DNA from: Antedon mediterranea
Taxonomy: Eukaryota; Animalia; Echinodermata
Assembly: GCF_964355755.1 (NCBI RefSeq)
Contig: NC_092680.1
Span: 15,819,045-15,883,044 of the forward strand
DNA length: 64,000 bases
Direction of reading: 5' to 3'
The translations under genes were made by a program, and so were the position numbers. Below, one piece after another: positions 1-13,910 of this stretch; positions within the stretch are counted from its first letter, which is position 1; each line of letters starts with the position of its first letter. The notes under the pieces were generated by a model, which was given only the letters and a program-made list of their open reading frames with translations, did no database searches and was not told the DNA's origin.

Positions 1-452
1 AGTGGCCAATTATTCAAGGTTTTTATTTTCAGTGTTTTTAACTGAAACAAGATGATATAATCAAGTATTTTGGTAAGTGTTTTTTTTAGGGTTATGAATT
101 TTAATTAGTTCTTTTTAACTTATTCTATTAACAAAAATGGTTCAGCAAGTTCATGGTGTAACATTATTCGTATACATGGTATCGACTTTACCATTGAAAA
201 ATGATGAAATGAGACCCCTGTTCATACTTACGTTTAATTCCCACGTAGACGTAACGCAGGCGAGTTGAACAATGACAAACGACTGTTTGAATAATCCATC
301 GCTTGTTATTGGTCAAATCCCTTACGTTGCGTTACGTCCTTGTGCTGCGTCTCTAGTGGTAACCAAGTATTATTTATTAAATTTTGCACTCATAAAACAA
401 TACATTTATTAAACAATCTGACAGATGTGTGTTCAAGTTTGTGTGTCAAAAA
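1..452. repeat. Dispersed repeat, second copy at 13911-14362; contains a MITE-derived piece (~240-365)
   Basis: Direct alignment from agtggcc(a/t)attattcaaggt to tgtgtcaaaaat in both copies; internal segment ends in ctagtgg(t/g)aaccaag, matching the TIR of the MITE at 3701-3871. Confidence 0.9.
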
Positions 453-2040
453 TATAAATCCTAAATATATAAATGCCACCCTAAGCCGGGATGGGATCAT
501 TCACCTAATTATCACTATTTTAAAAGAAGTTTGAATTTGTTTTATTTACTTGAAAACGGAAATCAAGTCGGGGTGTGATAACGATAGTTTTTGGTTGGAC
601 GGAAACCTAATTAAGAATGGTTAGTGAATACGTTCAACAATCATGCAAAAATTGAACTAAACACAATGGAAAGCAGCAATGGGTTTCAATAATGGGCCCA
701 AAATGAACTTTAGTTAGCCTTTAATATATATAAATAGGTCTTATATTAAATAATGATATTAATCTGTTTTAATTAATTCTAGACAAAATATCATTAAATA
801 GTTTCTCTGGCTCGTTGATTGTTAAGGGTTTTAATATTTACGTACGATATCAGACAAGCATAACATACAGTCAACTTAATTGACCTTTATTATTATCCAT
901 TCTTTACGACATTTATTTAGAAAATCGATCTTAGTCTAATTTAAATGGATTATTAACAAATCACCTGCAACTAAACAACCTAAAAATGTAAACTAAATAC
1001 GTGCACGTGATATGCGTAAAGTAATGTAGGCGCGTTACGTTACGTTTGGAACCTGTCAATGCAAGGACAACCTGCGTATAATGCCACGTCCTTCAGACGG
1101 GACGCTACGTCATTGGTCTTGTGTAACATTTAACCATTCTTTAATTTCACTCATAGGTCTACATATATATCTTTTCATATTTACCATCATTAATGTAATC
1201 TAAATAATAGCGTTGAATTTCTGTCTTTGTTTGAAGCATTATTTAAAACAATAGGCCTAACCTAAGATTCTTAGATTCTTAGACCAAAGTAAAAAAACCG
1301 ATAAGTTCCTTACTCGTTATCAAATTATCCTGAGCGTGTGTCATAATTCTCCGTTTGACGAGGTGATATCGCCAGGGTTCAATTTGGCACGATGAAGTAA
1401 AATTGAATGTACATAATTGTGCCTAATGGTTCAGTGTAAGCTACTTCGACCTCGCAAGAGACAGTTCTTAAGAGGCCTACAGAAAACTTTCGTTTTGTAA
1501 CTGAAATTATACATATTGAAAAAAACCATCGTAAAATAATTATTGTAAAACACAAATAAATAACTAAAACGACTTTCTGTTTTTGCAGTATTCATTTTTA
1601 TACAGTACAGTATTCAGTTTTCCAGGGACACCCCTATAGATTAACGGGATACTTACCAGTGACAAGATCGAGGGGAAATATATTATGTTCAACAAGTATA
1701 CTGAACTGAGATTTAGAAAAGCTAGCTGCTACATATAATTCACTTTAAATCTAAACAAAAAAGCTGAATGTGTTGATAAAACCAGAGCAATTGCTCTGTG
1801 GTCTAATAGTTTTAATCAGCCGCACAGAAAAAAATTATGACGTATATCTTTAATTGCCAGACATGATTCATCTTTTTAAAAATAGGACGATTCGTGGATA
1901 TTTGGTTCAATAGAGATAATAAAGTACTTTATTAAGATTATTGGTTGGCATGAAAATAAAGAAATTTGCCGTGTTTATATGATTTTCAATGTCAAGAGAT
2001 AAGTAAGAGAAGTATAATTTATATAATTAACTATGTTACA

Positions 2041-2071
<31 letters not shown>

Positions 2072-3700
2072 AATTTATATTTATACTGGGTCACGTTACG
2101 TTGCGTTACGTCGATGCGTTTATATCAATCATTCACATATATGACCATAAATATAAATCGTTGGTAATGTACAATCTAAAAAAGTATTGAAGCAAAAAAA
2201 AAATATTAGAAAATCCTGCAACACTACATTTTGAAACATGGCAATAGATTACTTTTATGTCATTAGATAATATTGTGTTTTTAGGCCTAGTATACTAGTT
2301 TGGGCATGGGGAATGGCACATCTTAGGAAGGTGAAAATAGGAAAAAATGCCATGACGGGGGTTGTCCATACATTCTATATCTTCTATTGGTGTTTTGCGT
2401 CCCGGTGTCTCAGGGTAGACCTGTTCGTAAACATTGTTATTTTATCCATCTTACTCTTTGTAATCTACGATTATTATTTAAACCAAGATTTTGTTTTTGA
2501 TTATTATAAATGTCCTTGCACGCAACTCAATAAATATTAATAGGTATTCAGATTATGAATAATGAAAGCAAATAAAACGCTCCTATCAAACAAAAAAATA
2601 GATCACTTAAACAGACCAAAACCAATCTTTAGAAACCAATCACCGACGGTAGTTTTGCTAAGATATTGAATACACTAACAGTAAGGACATATATTTGTTT
2701 ACAAGTTCATGTTGTTGTATTTGAACAAGGGAGAAATACGTTTCTAAGAAAGTAGGCTAGGCCTATATAACGGTAATGGGAGGAATATTACCTAAAGCCA
2801 ATATACTTCACCATTTAAAAATAAAAGTATTACTATCAAACTGAGTGTAGTGATGAACACATTTTGAATACATTTGGTGGATGTTACTCTAAACAAACAG
2901 AAGCCTAAGTATACAATATGTAGAACTGTATAGAATATTGTTTAAAGCTTTAATGGCGAATACACACTAGTAAAGTAGGGTTATGGTACAATAAATTATG
3001 TAACAAGGAAATATTATAGTAAAGTTGAACATGTCCTCACTCCCAAAGATGGTTGTAGCAGCTAAACGTTGAGATACTCTCAATTGCTTTTGTTCTTGTT
3101 GACAGTATAATAATCACATGCACGACAAACCTTACTTATTTATAATTATCATGATAAAGAACCTAGACAAAACTGACGAAAGTATCATACTTACAACATA
3201 CAGTAACCTAATAACATCCCTTATCGATACTATAATACGTCATTAAATGCACACTTCCCGTCACATCAAATGTACCCGCAGAAAAACTCACTTTAGAAGA
3301 TTTAACCATTATTTTCAGGGTTGGCTGATGACGAAGTTTGTCTGTCTGTGCAACAGTATATAAGGCTATTTTTAGGAAGGGGTTTAGCTGTTGGGGATAG
3401 TCACTTCCGGTTTTCAGCTGATGCATGTCATATAGGTGTTAGATCGGAGAAGTATGCTACAAGGTTAGGCCTAAATCTAACTTAAATATTCATTTTGAAT
3501 AGTTACAGAACCTCATTAAAGATAGTATTAAATTGTGTAAAGGATATACCTAACTGAATAAGATCTCTTATTGGAGAGAACTAATTAGTATTATGATGAG
3601 GATTCTTTCATTCAATTAAAATTACGAAACTCAATACAAAGCGATATGATATAACAATAGACAAAATACATATAGCACATGATCCAGTAAATCTAAAGCG

Positions 3701-3871
3701 TGGTTCCCACTAGCGACGCAACACAAGGACGTAACGCAACGCAAGTGAATTGACCAATCACAAGCGATGGCTTATTCGCTTGTGATTGCTAACTGTCTAT
3801 AACTTCGCTTGTGAGTGGTTAAAACGCTTGCGTTGCGTTTACGTCCTTGCGTTACGTTCTAGTGGGAACCA
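3701..3871. mobile_element. Palindromic MITE (PIF/Harbinger-like, tentative)
   Basis: Terminal inverted repeats tggttcccactag ... ctagtgggaacca, with internal inverted caaggacgtaacgcaacgcaag / cttgcgttgcgtttacgtccttg. Confidence 0.75.
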
Positions 3872-6800
3872 AAACTATTGTTTGTTTGTTATTATTTATT
3901 TACATGCTGGCCTTCCTCGAATCCATTGTTCAATCAATGTTTCACTATTGTTTGCTATTATTTATTTATACTGGGCAACCTCTTCAGTCAATGACTGGTC
4001 TCAAGGGCCCAGTTATGATCAGTGGCTGATGTACTAATACATCGGGGTAACCCACTACACGTCTCAAAAGATGTATTATGTTATTTAATGTGCACATGAG
4101 CTACACTTTATCCCATTTAAAGATATAGTGTTGACATAGCTTTAAAGTAGTGAACTATCAAAATAGTTTGACCAAAAAAGTGTTATGTTATGTTTTTTGT
4201 CAAACTAGTTTTAGACTTCAGTACTCTAAAGTTCTGTCAATAGCTCAATAGAAATAATCAAATCACAGTAACAATATACAAGAGAAAGGCGAACATGATA
4301 AAAAGAAAAAAAACTAAAGGCCTAAAATCACAAGTCATGCATTATATAAATATAAGTTACTAACCGTGATGTTTGAAGGAATTGAATAGATTCTGCACCC
4401 AGGTCATAGTGGAAAACGAATACTTCCTTTATACAAAACGTTCTATCACTAATTGCATTCTATGAATTCAAGAAGCATTATTCAGATTATGCACAACGGA
4501 CACTAATTGGGCAGAAAACTTCCGAGTGTGTGTTATATTTCAGTTACTCACATGACACGACGTAAATTGTAATTCAACTAAATGGGAGATAGATGAAATA
4601 GGATGAACCACCTCACAACTACTGTATTAGTTAATTGGGTTAAAAATGAGAAGTCTATATCATAACAATTATGATAGTCATGCATGAGAAGAAAATAATG
4701 GTTAAAATAATATAATCAATGTAGAAATGTTGTTGCAAGCCTAGGCCTAGGCTACACATGTGATGATGGTACTAGTACTTGTAATATGTTCCAGATCTGA
4801 ATAAGATATATCTTATAAATGTTATTAAGTCAAGCTAATTGCAATAGTGATATTAAAATGCTCTTAGTTATGTTATTGTTGAAAACATTAACAGGCAGAA
4901 AATGTAGACTACAGGCCCACAATTTATCCATGTATCATAACACATGAAGATCCAGGTTCGAGTCTCACTCTCACTCAATAAATGTTTTCATAATAAAAAT
5001 AATATTCAATACAATAGATCAGACTATAAACACATTTTTTTTAATGAGAATTTCAACTTATAACATCTGGCCTACTGTGTTATAATATAACATAATCGAC
5101 TGCATATCTTCCACAATTAAGAAGAAAAATAATCATATATAATATTTATCATTGGTTGTGAGTACACAGTGGCCTTGTAATTTTTTAAAAGATAAATTAT
5201 CTTAATTGACTTATAATTAAAATAAACCTTCAAAATTATAATTAAATTATACATAATTACAGGGATATACTACTATTATCCGAATGTATTACTGAAGTTG
5301 TTGTTGTAAGGCAGCTATGGTTAAGGAAACAAAGCGGGGGCGACCATGGCCATATTAGAACATCCTGAAGGAACCTAACAGGCCTGTGTACATTTTAAGG
5401 TTATGATTTTAGGAGTATACGCCTAATATAATAATTATGATGATAATTTACTGAAAAGAGAATTACCTTTCATTATTTGTTTATTTGATAATTTTATATA
5501 TTTTATTTATATTTATTGTTTTTTTCAATTATTTATTTTTTATTTATTTGTTGGTTATTATATTATTTAGTATTGACGTCGGTCGAACTTGCCCACTTTT
5601 TAACTGTTACATTTGTAAATTTTTGGAAAAACTATATTTCATCTCAGTTTGATCTTGTTTGTTTGAATAAAACACAATTTTAGAAACTGTTAAAATGATT
5701 TTAAAACATTATCATTAATGAAAAAAGGATTACATTAAAACATATGATACGTATTGAATGAATAAAAGTGTGGTTCACGATAAAAAGGAGAAAAACTGCA
5801 TAGAGCCGATGTTTCTCTGAAGGTGATTATCACTAAATCAATGTTGTATTAATAAATCACAACATACTAGAAACTGATCAAAACTATTATAACCCAGTAA
5901 GTTGTCATGTTGAAAGTTCACCAGCATGACACGAAACAAAGTTTACACATTTACTCTGTGTTGCTAGAATCGAAATGATGATTCATTTGTTTTGTACTAT
6001 GATTATTGTATGTTTATGATTTTGTGAATGGAAATAAAGAAAGAAAGAAAGAATGATACACTGAAGGTGATTTAGACATTGTCAACAGATACTGGGTGGT
6101 ACAAAAATACAATCTTTTGGGTTTGATGATGGATGGGTACATTTTTCTAGTTGGTTTTACTGGCGGTTGATATTCTTTTGGCTTGCATACATGCCTAAAG
6201 TTTGGTTTATCATACCATTTATAGTATTCAATATATTGCGTACACTTGTACATGTTATTGAAAAATAATTGAAGGAATGAAATGAATGAATTTATTGATA
6301 TCTATTTAACCAAATATTCTATTTAATTATATATTAATTATTTATTCTTATTATTAGAATGGAAAATGTTGGAATACAGAAGATAATTCAATTTTCTCTC
6401 TGTAGGCTATGTAAGCATATTCTTTATTGAAAGTGTCATTTTTCACAACACATCCTTCAGTTAAGTTAACCTTAAATAAACTATTCGAAATGTGTTTTTT
6501 TGTTGTTATATCATAGCTGAATCTTACATTTTCCTGTGTTAAATGCATTCAATTCTGCAGTTTAATTGTGGTTTGTATAGAATAGCACGGAAGTCCTTGG
6601 CAAGCCCTTTATCAAGTGGAATTATAGGCCAGATGATTTCTACAGTACAAAATGATGTCAGTAATAAATATGATATTACAGTTTCCAGTTATAAAACAGT
6701 TGATCAAACGCTGATGAATCCAAACTAACCAACATTACCGACCAGCATTCTGCTTATCAACATTTACCATATAGTCAACATAGGACTATACTGAACCAAT

Positions 6801-8276
6801 CATCTACCAGGAAAATATCAATGTACTTTAGCAACCAAACATTGAGCCTATTAGAAATCTACCATATCTTTAGTATAGACTAATATCAAACTTAAACTAC
6901 CTAATGTTTAGAGACAATATGTTTTTTTTATTCTGTGGAGGAAACACTACTTTTGTTCACATTACTATCATCTTTCATGTCATCACCTTAAAATCACATT
7001 TGTGTTAATTTCTTATGTCATTACAATTTCATCAACTTTATCAGTAACATTTTTAAATCTTTGTATTCTATATTACCTCCATTTTTCATTACTCTTCCTA
7101 TATTTTGCTATAGGCCTAGGCCTAATACAGTTACAAAAGAAGTTCAAAAAGATAACGCAAAGACGATATGCCTAAATAATTCATCGTTAAACTTTTTGTT
7201 AACCTTTACTTACTTACAGTTATTGAACAAAACCAATATTACATTTGTGTATTGAAATAATTCTGCAAGAATGGGACAGTTGAAAACTTCTTACTACTAT
7301 TATAAGGCAAAAGATCCCTCGTAACTACATAATGAAATGCCAAATGTGCCCTATTATAATAAAAACAAATGTCATTGAAGAGACATGTAGTTATAACGTG
7401 GACCTATAACAAGTTCATTGTATATAGCAATGCATTGCTATATGCCTATCTACTACAACATCTATAAACTTCATAGTTTGAATTCCGTAATAAACATTTT
7501 CTTAGTAATGAATACAAACATTATAAAATTCTAACCTGTTCACATATCGTTTTAAATGCTTTTCTTTGATGTAGCCTATACGATTGTATTATGCTTCCTT
7601 TACAAACACTATTCACCTGTTGATTGTATCCCGCTGACCATGAAATCTGGTTAACACACGATCAACTCGTAAGCTGCGCATTTACACTGACCATGCTAGG
7701 AAGCGGTAATAAAAAGTAGGCACCAGCTTGTGATCACTGTTCACACTTCTGACTGGTTGAAAATAAAATGTAATTCTTATTAGTAAATTGCTCATAAGCT
7801 CGAAATAATTAAAGTTGAAAACAATGGTATGATTGTAATTCTTGTCAACAAATCTTAAATGAGTAACATTATTACGGTGCTACTAATATTTTAACAATCT
7901 TAAGTGATCTTAATCATCAATTAAGTGATGTCTTGCCCAACACAAGTTTATCTTGGTTTTCCTTTTGATTTTACTTTTTGGGAATATATTACCACTTTTT
8001 TGAAAAGACACTTCTTTTTTTTCAGTCTGTTTAACTTCATAAATATTTGAAAATTAAAAAGAAATGTTCTTTTTTTATTGTTATTTTGATTTGAAAGAAA
8101 TAAATGTTAAATTGAATTGAATTGATCGAAAATAGTAGGATTTTTTTTGTGAAATGGTAATAAATAAGTCTAGCATAGGAAAAAGTTTTACTGTCACGAC
8201 TGAGCTTCAAACTCGAGCTTTCTATTTCCATAGACGCTTCGACCATTAACTTGTACTAGTTTGTGAGTGAAAAAGA

Positions 8277-9307
8277 TCGGAACCATCCTTTGTGTGTAAC
8301 TAGTTCTAGAGCTGTTTAAAATAAACATATGCTAATTTGAAGGCGTTACATCATAACATGTTATTCCTTCTTTATAAGTGCTTTCATTATTTAATTAAAT
8401 ATTGTATGTAATTGAAATGAAACTAATATTATTAATTATTAATATAGGCCTAGGAAAAGCGTGATGTTCCAATTAAACGTGAACTTTGCACAATAATGGT
8501 CATTACTATAAAGAAACTTTCTCCTTAGGAAATGCCGGAGACTTGCTTGCCAAACCACAAGAAACTAAATCAGCTAAAAGCAATTTTATGATTAAAATAT
8601 CACATTTTAAAGACATTTTTGAAAAAAAAAACCAGAAGCAATAACTTCACAATTTCAACTGAAAGTTGTTCAAAGGTCAGGTTAATCTTTTAATAACCAT
8701 TTAAACAGTGTGAAGAGGATATTTAATGATGTCATCGTTTCCAGTTTCTGCCGATAAATTGTCTATTTAACAATGTATAAGGTGATTGACCATATTAATA
8801 GGGCAACATGAAGGGAATAAACTACTGTTGGTAATATCCAAACAGCACTAGGCAACATATATACGTAAACTTACATATCCAGGCTCCAATACCCTGGTAA
8901 AACTAATAAAAAAAATCAATCTCATATCAAGGAATCTTTAGCCCTAATGAAACAAAGCCAACTTAATCCACTTTTCCTCTTTCCATTAATTAAAAATGAA
9001 TGATGTTCACAGGATGTGTTATAAACAATTGATTTAATAATGGCTGTGGCATAATAATATAACAATAAAGTGTTATTAGTAAATGTAATTACAATACGAA
9101 GCTGAAAATAATTTTTCGGATATAATAAATTGTAATTGTGAATGTGAATCTGTATTGTACAGTATATATCAATGATCAGCAAATTATAGAGTTGGAGGTT
9201 GGTGATATAGGATACTAATGGAGAAATATGGGAGAATAGAGGGCGGCAGATTCAAGAAATGTTGTAGAAAAATATATGATAGGCGGCAGCAGACTCCAGA
9301 AAAACAT
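8277..9307. repeat. ~1.03-kb duplicated segment, copy A
   Basis: Aligns from tcggaaccatcctt to gactccagaaaaacat with 15615-16670; immediately followed by a partial tandem copy. Confidence 0.92.
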
Positions 9308-9317
9308 CGGAAAAGGA

Positions 9318-9509
9318 TCGGAACCATCCTTCGTGTTTAACTAGTTCTAGAGCTGTTTAAAATAAACATATGCTAATTTGAAGGCGTTACATCATAACAT
9401 GTTATTCCTTCTTTATAAGTGCTTTCATTATTTAATTAAATATTGTATGTAATTGAAATGAAACTAACATTATTAATTATTAATATAAGCCTAGGAAAAG
9501 CGTGATGTT
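9318..9509. repeat. Partial tandem copy B of the 1.03-kb segment, fused to the 3' end of gene 1
   Basis: Matches 8277-8468 up to ggaaaagcgtgatgtt, then switches to gene 1 TM-coding sequence at 9510. Confidence 0.92.
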
Positions 9510-11200
9510 GAACAATGAACAATGACCAATGCTAACACAAACATGGAGAGCACTATGCCGATTACAGTTCCTGTTGATGAATCGTTCTCTCCGATTTCTC
9601 CCCTTGCTTCAGCATCGTTACCGAATTCTGACTTATCATCACCACCATTTACATACTCTCCACCTGTTTCATTATTACCTGATCCGACTGTTACAGCAAT
9701 ATTAATGTTTGTAGGAACAATTTCAGCTTCACTGACAAATGCAGTTGTCTGGCCGTAATGTATATTGACATCTCGATTATTGGGGTCTTTTTTACCTGCC
9801 ACACGACACACGATCTGTGCTTTATTTAATACTTGTGTAGCCCAAAGTATTTTGAGTGTTTTTCCATTATGTTTAATCTGAAAATGAACGTCTTTTGTCA
9901 AAAGTAATGATGGGCCTTTGCCATTTATCCACCACTTATACTTTAGAGGTCCCTCTATGTCATTGCCTTCACATACAAACTTCCCAGTTTTATTTAACAT
10001 CATAGGTTGGACACCAGGATCAACGGAAACTTTAGGTTTTATTGGTACAGGAGTCAAACTATCGTTCTCTCCGATTTCTCCCCTTGCTTCAGCATCGTTA
10101 CCGAATTCTGACTTATCATCACCACCATTTACATACTCTCCACCTGTTTCATTATTACCTGATCCGACTGTTACAGCAATATTAATGTTTGTAGGAACAA
10201 TTTCAGCTTCACTGACAAATGCAGTTGTCTGGCCGTAATGTATATTGACATCTCGATTATTGGGGTCTTTTTTACCTGTCACACGACACACGATCTGTGC
10301 TTTATTTAATACTTGTGTAGCCCAAAGTATTCTGAGTGTTTTTCCATTATGTTTAATCTGAAAATGAACGTCTTTTGTCAAAAGTAATGATGGGCCTTTG
10401 CCATTTATCCACCACTTATACTTTAGAGGTCCCTCTATGTCATTGCCTTCACATACAAACTTCCCAGTTTTATTTAAAATCATAGGTTGGACACCAGGAT
10501 CAACGGAAACTTTAGGTTTTATTGGTACAGGAGTCAAACTGCACGACGGAGGTTTGCTAACTTTAGGATAGGCAACTACGCAGGAAAAGGTGCTACCTCT
10601 CTCGTTCTCTGTAATATTCCAAGCCAAATTGTTTAAAGAAGAACGTGGAATGTTGTCTTCAATAGGAATTCCGTTTTTTTGCCACATAATTCGAGGGATT
10701 GGAGTCCCTGTGCTGGTGCAACGCATTGTAGCAGCCTGGTTGGGTATTGCAGTATTTTGCCAAACTAATGTACATAGTGGTGTTTTAGGAGGATCAAGTA
10801 CCACCAGTGATGCTACAGGTGTTTTATTTGGCCCTGTTGGCTTAGACGGATAGAAAAAACACTTGTAGTCAGCAGCATCCTCTGCCGATACGTTTCTTAT
10901 TTGTAAAAAGTACTCTTTGTTGGTCGTATCTCCAATTATTGAATATCTATTCCGCTTTGATTGAGGTAATGAACTTTGAATAACATTGTTATTACTAATC
11001 CACCCATCGATCCTCCCAAGCGAGTAATACCAGTCGACCCTCTCAACGTCGTTTGTCACAGAACATTTCAATACAACCGTCTCTCCTTTAACAATAGACT
11101 TATCGGTAGGCTCCAGAATAAATGAAGAGTTAATAGTTCTTGATAAAATTAATATATACAATAAAACAACGTATGACGTTGTGACTGTTAAGTAATACAT
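9491..11200 (-). CDS. IgSF receptor gene 1: signal peptide, V-set Ig, C2-like Ig, duplicated (Ig3 + acidic Gly-rich stalk) x2, TM segment, essentially no cytoplasmic tail
   Basis: Uninterrupted ORF; first ATG at 11200 (ORF track starts at a TTG). Hydrophobic leader MYYLTVTTSYVVLLYILILS; V-set motifs VLKCSV..VDW..RYSI..LQIRNVSAEDAADYKC; MRCTSTGTPIPRIMWQK..FSC; FVCEG..YKWWING..IVCRV twice; hydrophobic VIGIVLSMFVLALVIV then stop 7 codons later. Confidence 0.85.
   Translation of the reverse strand: MYYLTVTTSYVVLLYILILSRTINSSFILEPTDKSIVKGETVVLKCSVTNDVERVDWYYSLGRIDGWISNNNVIQSSLPQSKRNRYSIIGDTTNKEYFLQIRNVSAEDAADYKCFFYPSKPTGPNKTPVASLVVLDPPKTPLCTLVWQNTAIPNQAATMRCTSTGTPIPRIMWQKNGIPIEDNIPRSSLNNLAWNITENERGSTFSCVVAYPKVSKPPSCSLTPVPIKPKVSVDPGVQPMILNKTGKFVCEGNDIEGPLKYKWWINGKGPSLLLTKDVHFQIKHNGKTLRILWATQVLNKAQIVCRVTGKKDPNNRDVNIHYGQTTAFVSEAEIVPTNINIAVTVGSGNNETGGEYVNGGDDKSEFGNDAEARGEIGENDSLTPVPIKPKVSVDPGVQPMMLNKTGKFVCEGNDIEGPLKYKWWINGKGPSLLLTKDVHFQIKHNGKTLKILWATQVLNKAQIVCRVAGKKDPNNRDVNIHYGQTTAFVSEAEIVPTNINIAVTVGSGNNETGGEYVNGGDDKSEFGNDAEARGEIGENDSSTGTVIGIVLSMFVLALVIVHCSTSRFS
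9581..10540. repeat. Tandem in-frame 480-bp duplication inside gene 1
   Basis: 9581-10060 and 10061-10540 align without gaps; only 3 mismatches seen (9799/10279, 9852/10332, 9998/10478). Confidence 0.97.
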
Positions 11201-11278
11201 TGTGTAGTTCAATCAAGTGTCAAATCTATACTGTCCACGCTGACGTCGTGTTTTTGGCCGTTCCTTATTTCATGCGTC

Positions 11279-11300
11279 CTGGAAGACAAAAAAAACAACA
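11279..11300 (-). promoter_or_regulatory. Candidate splice acceptor of a 5'-UTR intron of gene 1
   Basis: Minus strand reads tgttgtttttttttgtcttccAG|gacgc, a polypyrimidine tract plus CAG 78 nt upstream of the ATG; followed by a minimal uORF ATG AAA TAA. Confidence 0.5.
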
Positions 11301-13910
11301 TATGACATTCAGTTATGGTAGAAAATTGAGTTCATACATTTCTGTAGGTTGAAACTCTACGGTGCATTACGGACGTATACAAATCGATTATGTTATAAGC
11401 GTGTACCAATTCATTAATGTAGTGAGTTTTTAAAATGTCATGCCTGCAGAGGCTTGGCGTTTATCGTATACAATTAACTGGGTGTTTTATACACATCATA
11501 GGTCTATACATATAAAAATAGCGGAAATCATATATATCCGCAATTTAGGCGGATATCCTTAGATTCTGTTAGCTTTATAGGCAATACAATAACAAACTAT
11601 GAGTATACCATATTTGAAATTTATGTTAACAATTTATCATCAGCATTGTATCATTTATTCAATCAACAGTTAAAGAATCATTAATATCTGAAATAAATAA
11701 AGTTGAAGATGAAGAATATGGTACTTTCCGATGGATCCACTGAAATATCAATAAGTCGCGATCTACTACACTGAACCAATCCAAAAAGAAAAATAATAAT
11801 AATAATAATAATAACTTGGCCTCCTATTGTTAAGTTGTAAAAACATTTTTACACGCCCTCGTTTTCTATTTGGTTACTGTACACATTCTGAATTCATCAC
11901 AGTTTAAGTTAATCACAAAACTGTGATGTATCATTCATTAACAGCTCCTTTTCAACCAAGGCAATCAAACAACTGATTACAAAGTGCCTCTATTTGCTAA
12001 TCACTATATTATGTAGGTTTATAAATATATGCCATTGCATAAAGTAAGATGAAAATGAATGTACTAAACTATGTCTAACCCGTATTAGTATGTGGACACG
12101 AAGAAAAATTTGACATGAACTTTCTTGCAGCAGTCCAGATCATCGGAAATACTCAACATAGCTCAGCCTTGAACCAACCGTCCTCCTAAAAGGAAATGGA
12201 TTAGCTTAGATAATATCTCATTTTAACACACATTTTAAATTTCATGTAGATTATTAACATTCTAGATAATGTATGCAAGTGCACGTTGATTAGCAATGTG
12301 GAGGAATAGGCCTAACTGTTGAGAACAATATTCCCCAATACCGCTACAATTTATAGTAGCCTACCCAGTGTCTGATGAAATAAGGCACACACAACGCAAA
12401 ACTATTTGATTCAATATCACAATCACATACAAATTATAAAATTGAAGAAAAAAAAGTATAAATATACACAAGAGTAATTAAAATAAAATGTTGAGCTTTA
12501 AACAACATTAAAATATCAGTAATATTATTTCAATGGGCTCTCCGTGTATGTGTGTGATTACCAAACAAAGATTATCATACAAAGCAATTCAACAAACACA
12601 TTATAATAATGTAGCCTACTATAATCATAGAGATATTATAATACTCTTCTATAACGTATCAGAATATACGTACAAGACCTACAACATAATACAACGTTCA
12701 TGGCGTGATATATCTCTACCAGCTGATATTAAACCAAGCCCACAAAGCTGCAAATCTCATCGTTATTGTCTGCGTGTAAAAGACTATCCTCCTTTGTTCA
12801 TTTCCAGACGAACTATGGCATAAACACGACAATCTAGTGGCATATTAACTTATAATATAAATTTGGACATTTAAATGGTCTGAAAACACTCAACAGATGC
12901 CGAAACCATTGGAAGTAAGTCTATATCAACACAGCGGCTGGTAAAACTACTTCGCTTTGAACGTCTGGAAATGAAACTAATTATTGTCTATTACTCATTA
13001 TAGTACAGTATTATATTATCGTCTGTACTAGATATACTTTATTTGTAGTCATTTTAATAAGGGGTATTAAAACATTGCAATGAAAATTATGTTTGATAAA
13101 CGGTAAAAGTCACTTTTCTTGTAATACATTTTCCCATTCTAATTTTCTAAAAGTTGAAACTTAATCATCAATTTTGGAAGTGTTATTAATTAATATTATG
13201 TAATTGTATTATTATTATTATTTGATTATTTTCATTAACTTTTGATACATAAACACATTAAACTTCATTTTCTATTTTCTGTACCGTATTAAATTTACTG
13301 TTTAGAAATTATTCATAATTTCTGACAGATTGAATTCAAATTCTAAAAATTCTCACAATTATTAATATTATTTATTCTAAATAAAAATGAAGGTAACAAT
13401 GCTTATATATTATGAAGAATTTTATGATTATGTTGACCCATATGTTAAATCAGGTGTACAGTAGAGGCCAGAGGGGGAAGTTTCTCCCCAGAGCCAATTA
13501 TATTTACACTATAAGGACGTACCTAACTAAATCAGTACACAAACACATTCAACATACACACAACATAATCAAATAAAAATGGAAATAATACTTACAACTT
13601 CAGGCCTACAAAGCGCTGTATAGTAAATGAGATTTATGATAAACTAAGAAGAATACACGTTTGAAAGGAAGTAATGTGGCCCCGGGGTTGAATCATCGAT
13701 GACGTTTTCGTCACGTGACGTTGGATTCCCTTCGGTCTTTTTTCTGACTAACAATTTTTCAAAAACATGTCATTTATCATTAATTATGATAAATAATTAT
13801 ATTACATTATCATATTAGTGTATTGAACGTTTAAATAAAATGTGTCAATTTGTCATGTTACTTATGTTATTACCTAGCTGAGTTCTATATAAGTAAGTTC
13901 TACATTTAAA

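Noticed and set aside
7616-7752. Possible minus-strand exon supplying gene 1's missing tail (ccag..cag/gtgaat)
   Set aside because: Stops in all three frames, no Tyr/Ser-rich tail character and no evident donor in gene 1's TM region.
9522-10853. Antisense or alternate-frame ORFs overlapping the Ig genes (also 18357, 18780, 23912, 24335, 24766, 30972, 31233, 52344-53982)
   Set aside because: Shadows of the real coding frames, with no independent motifs.
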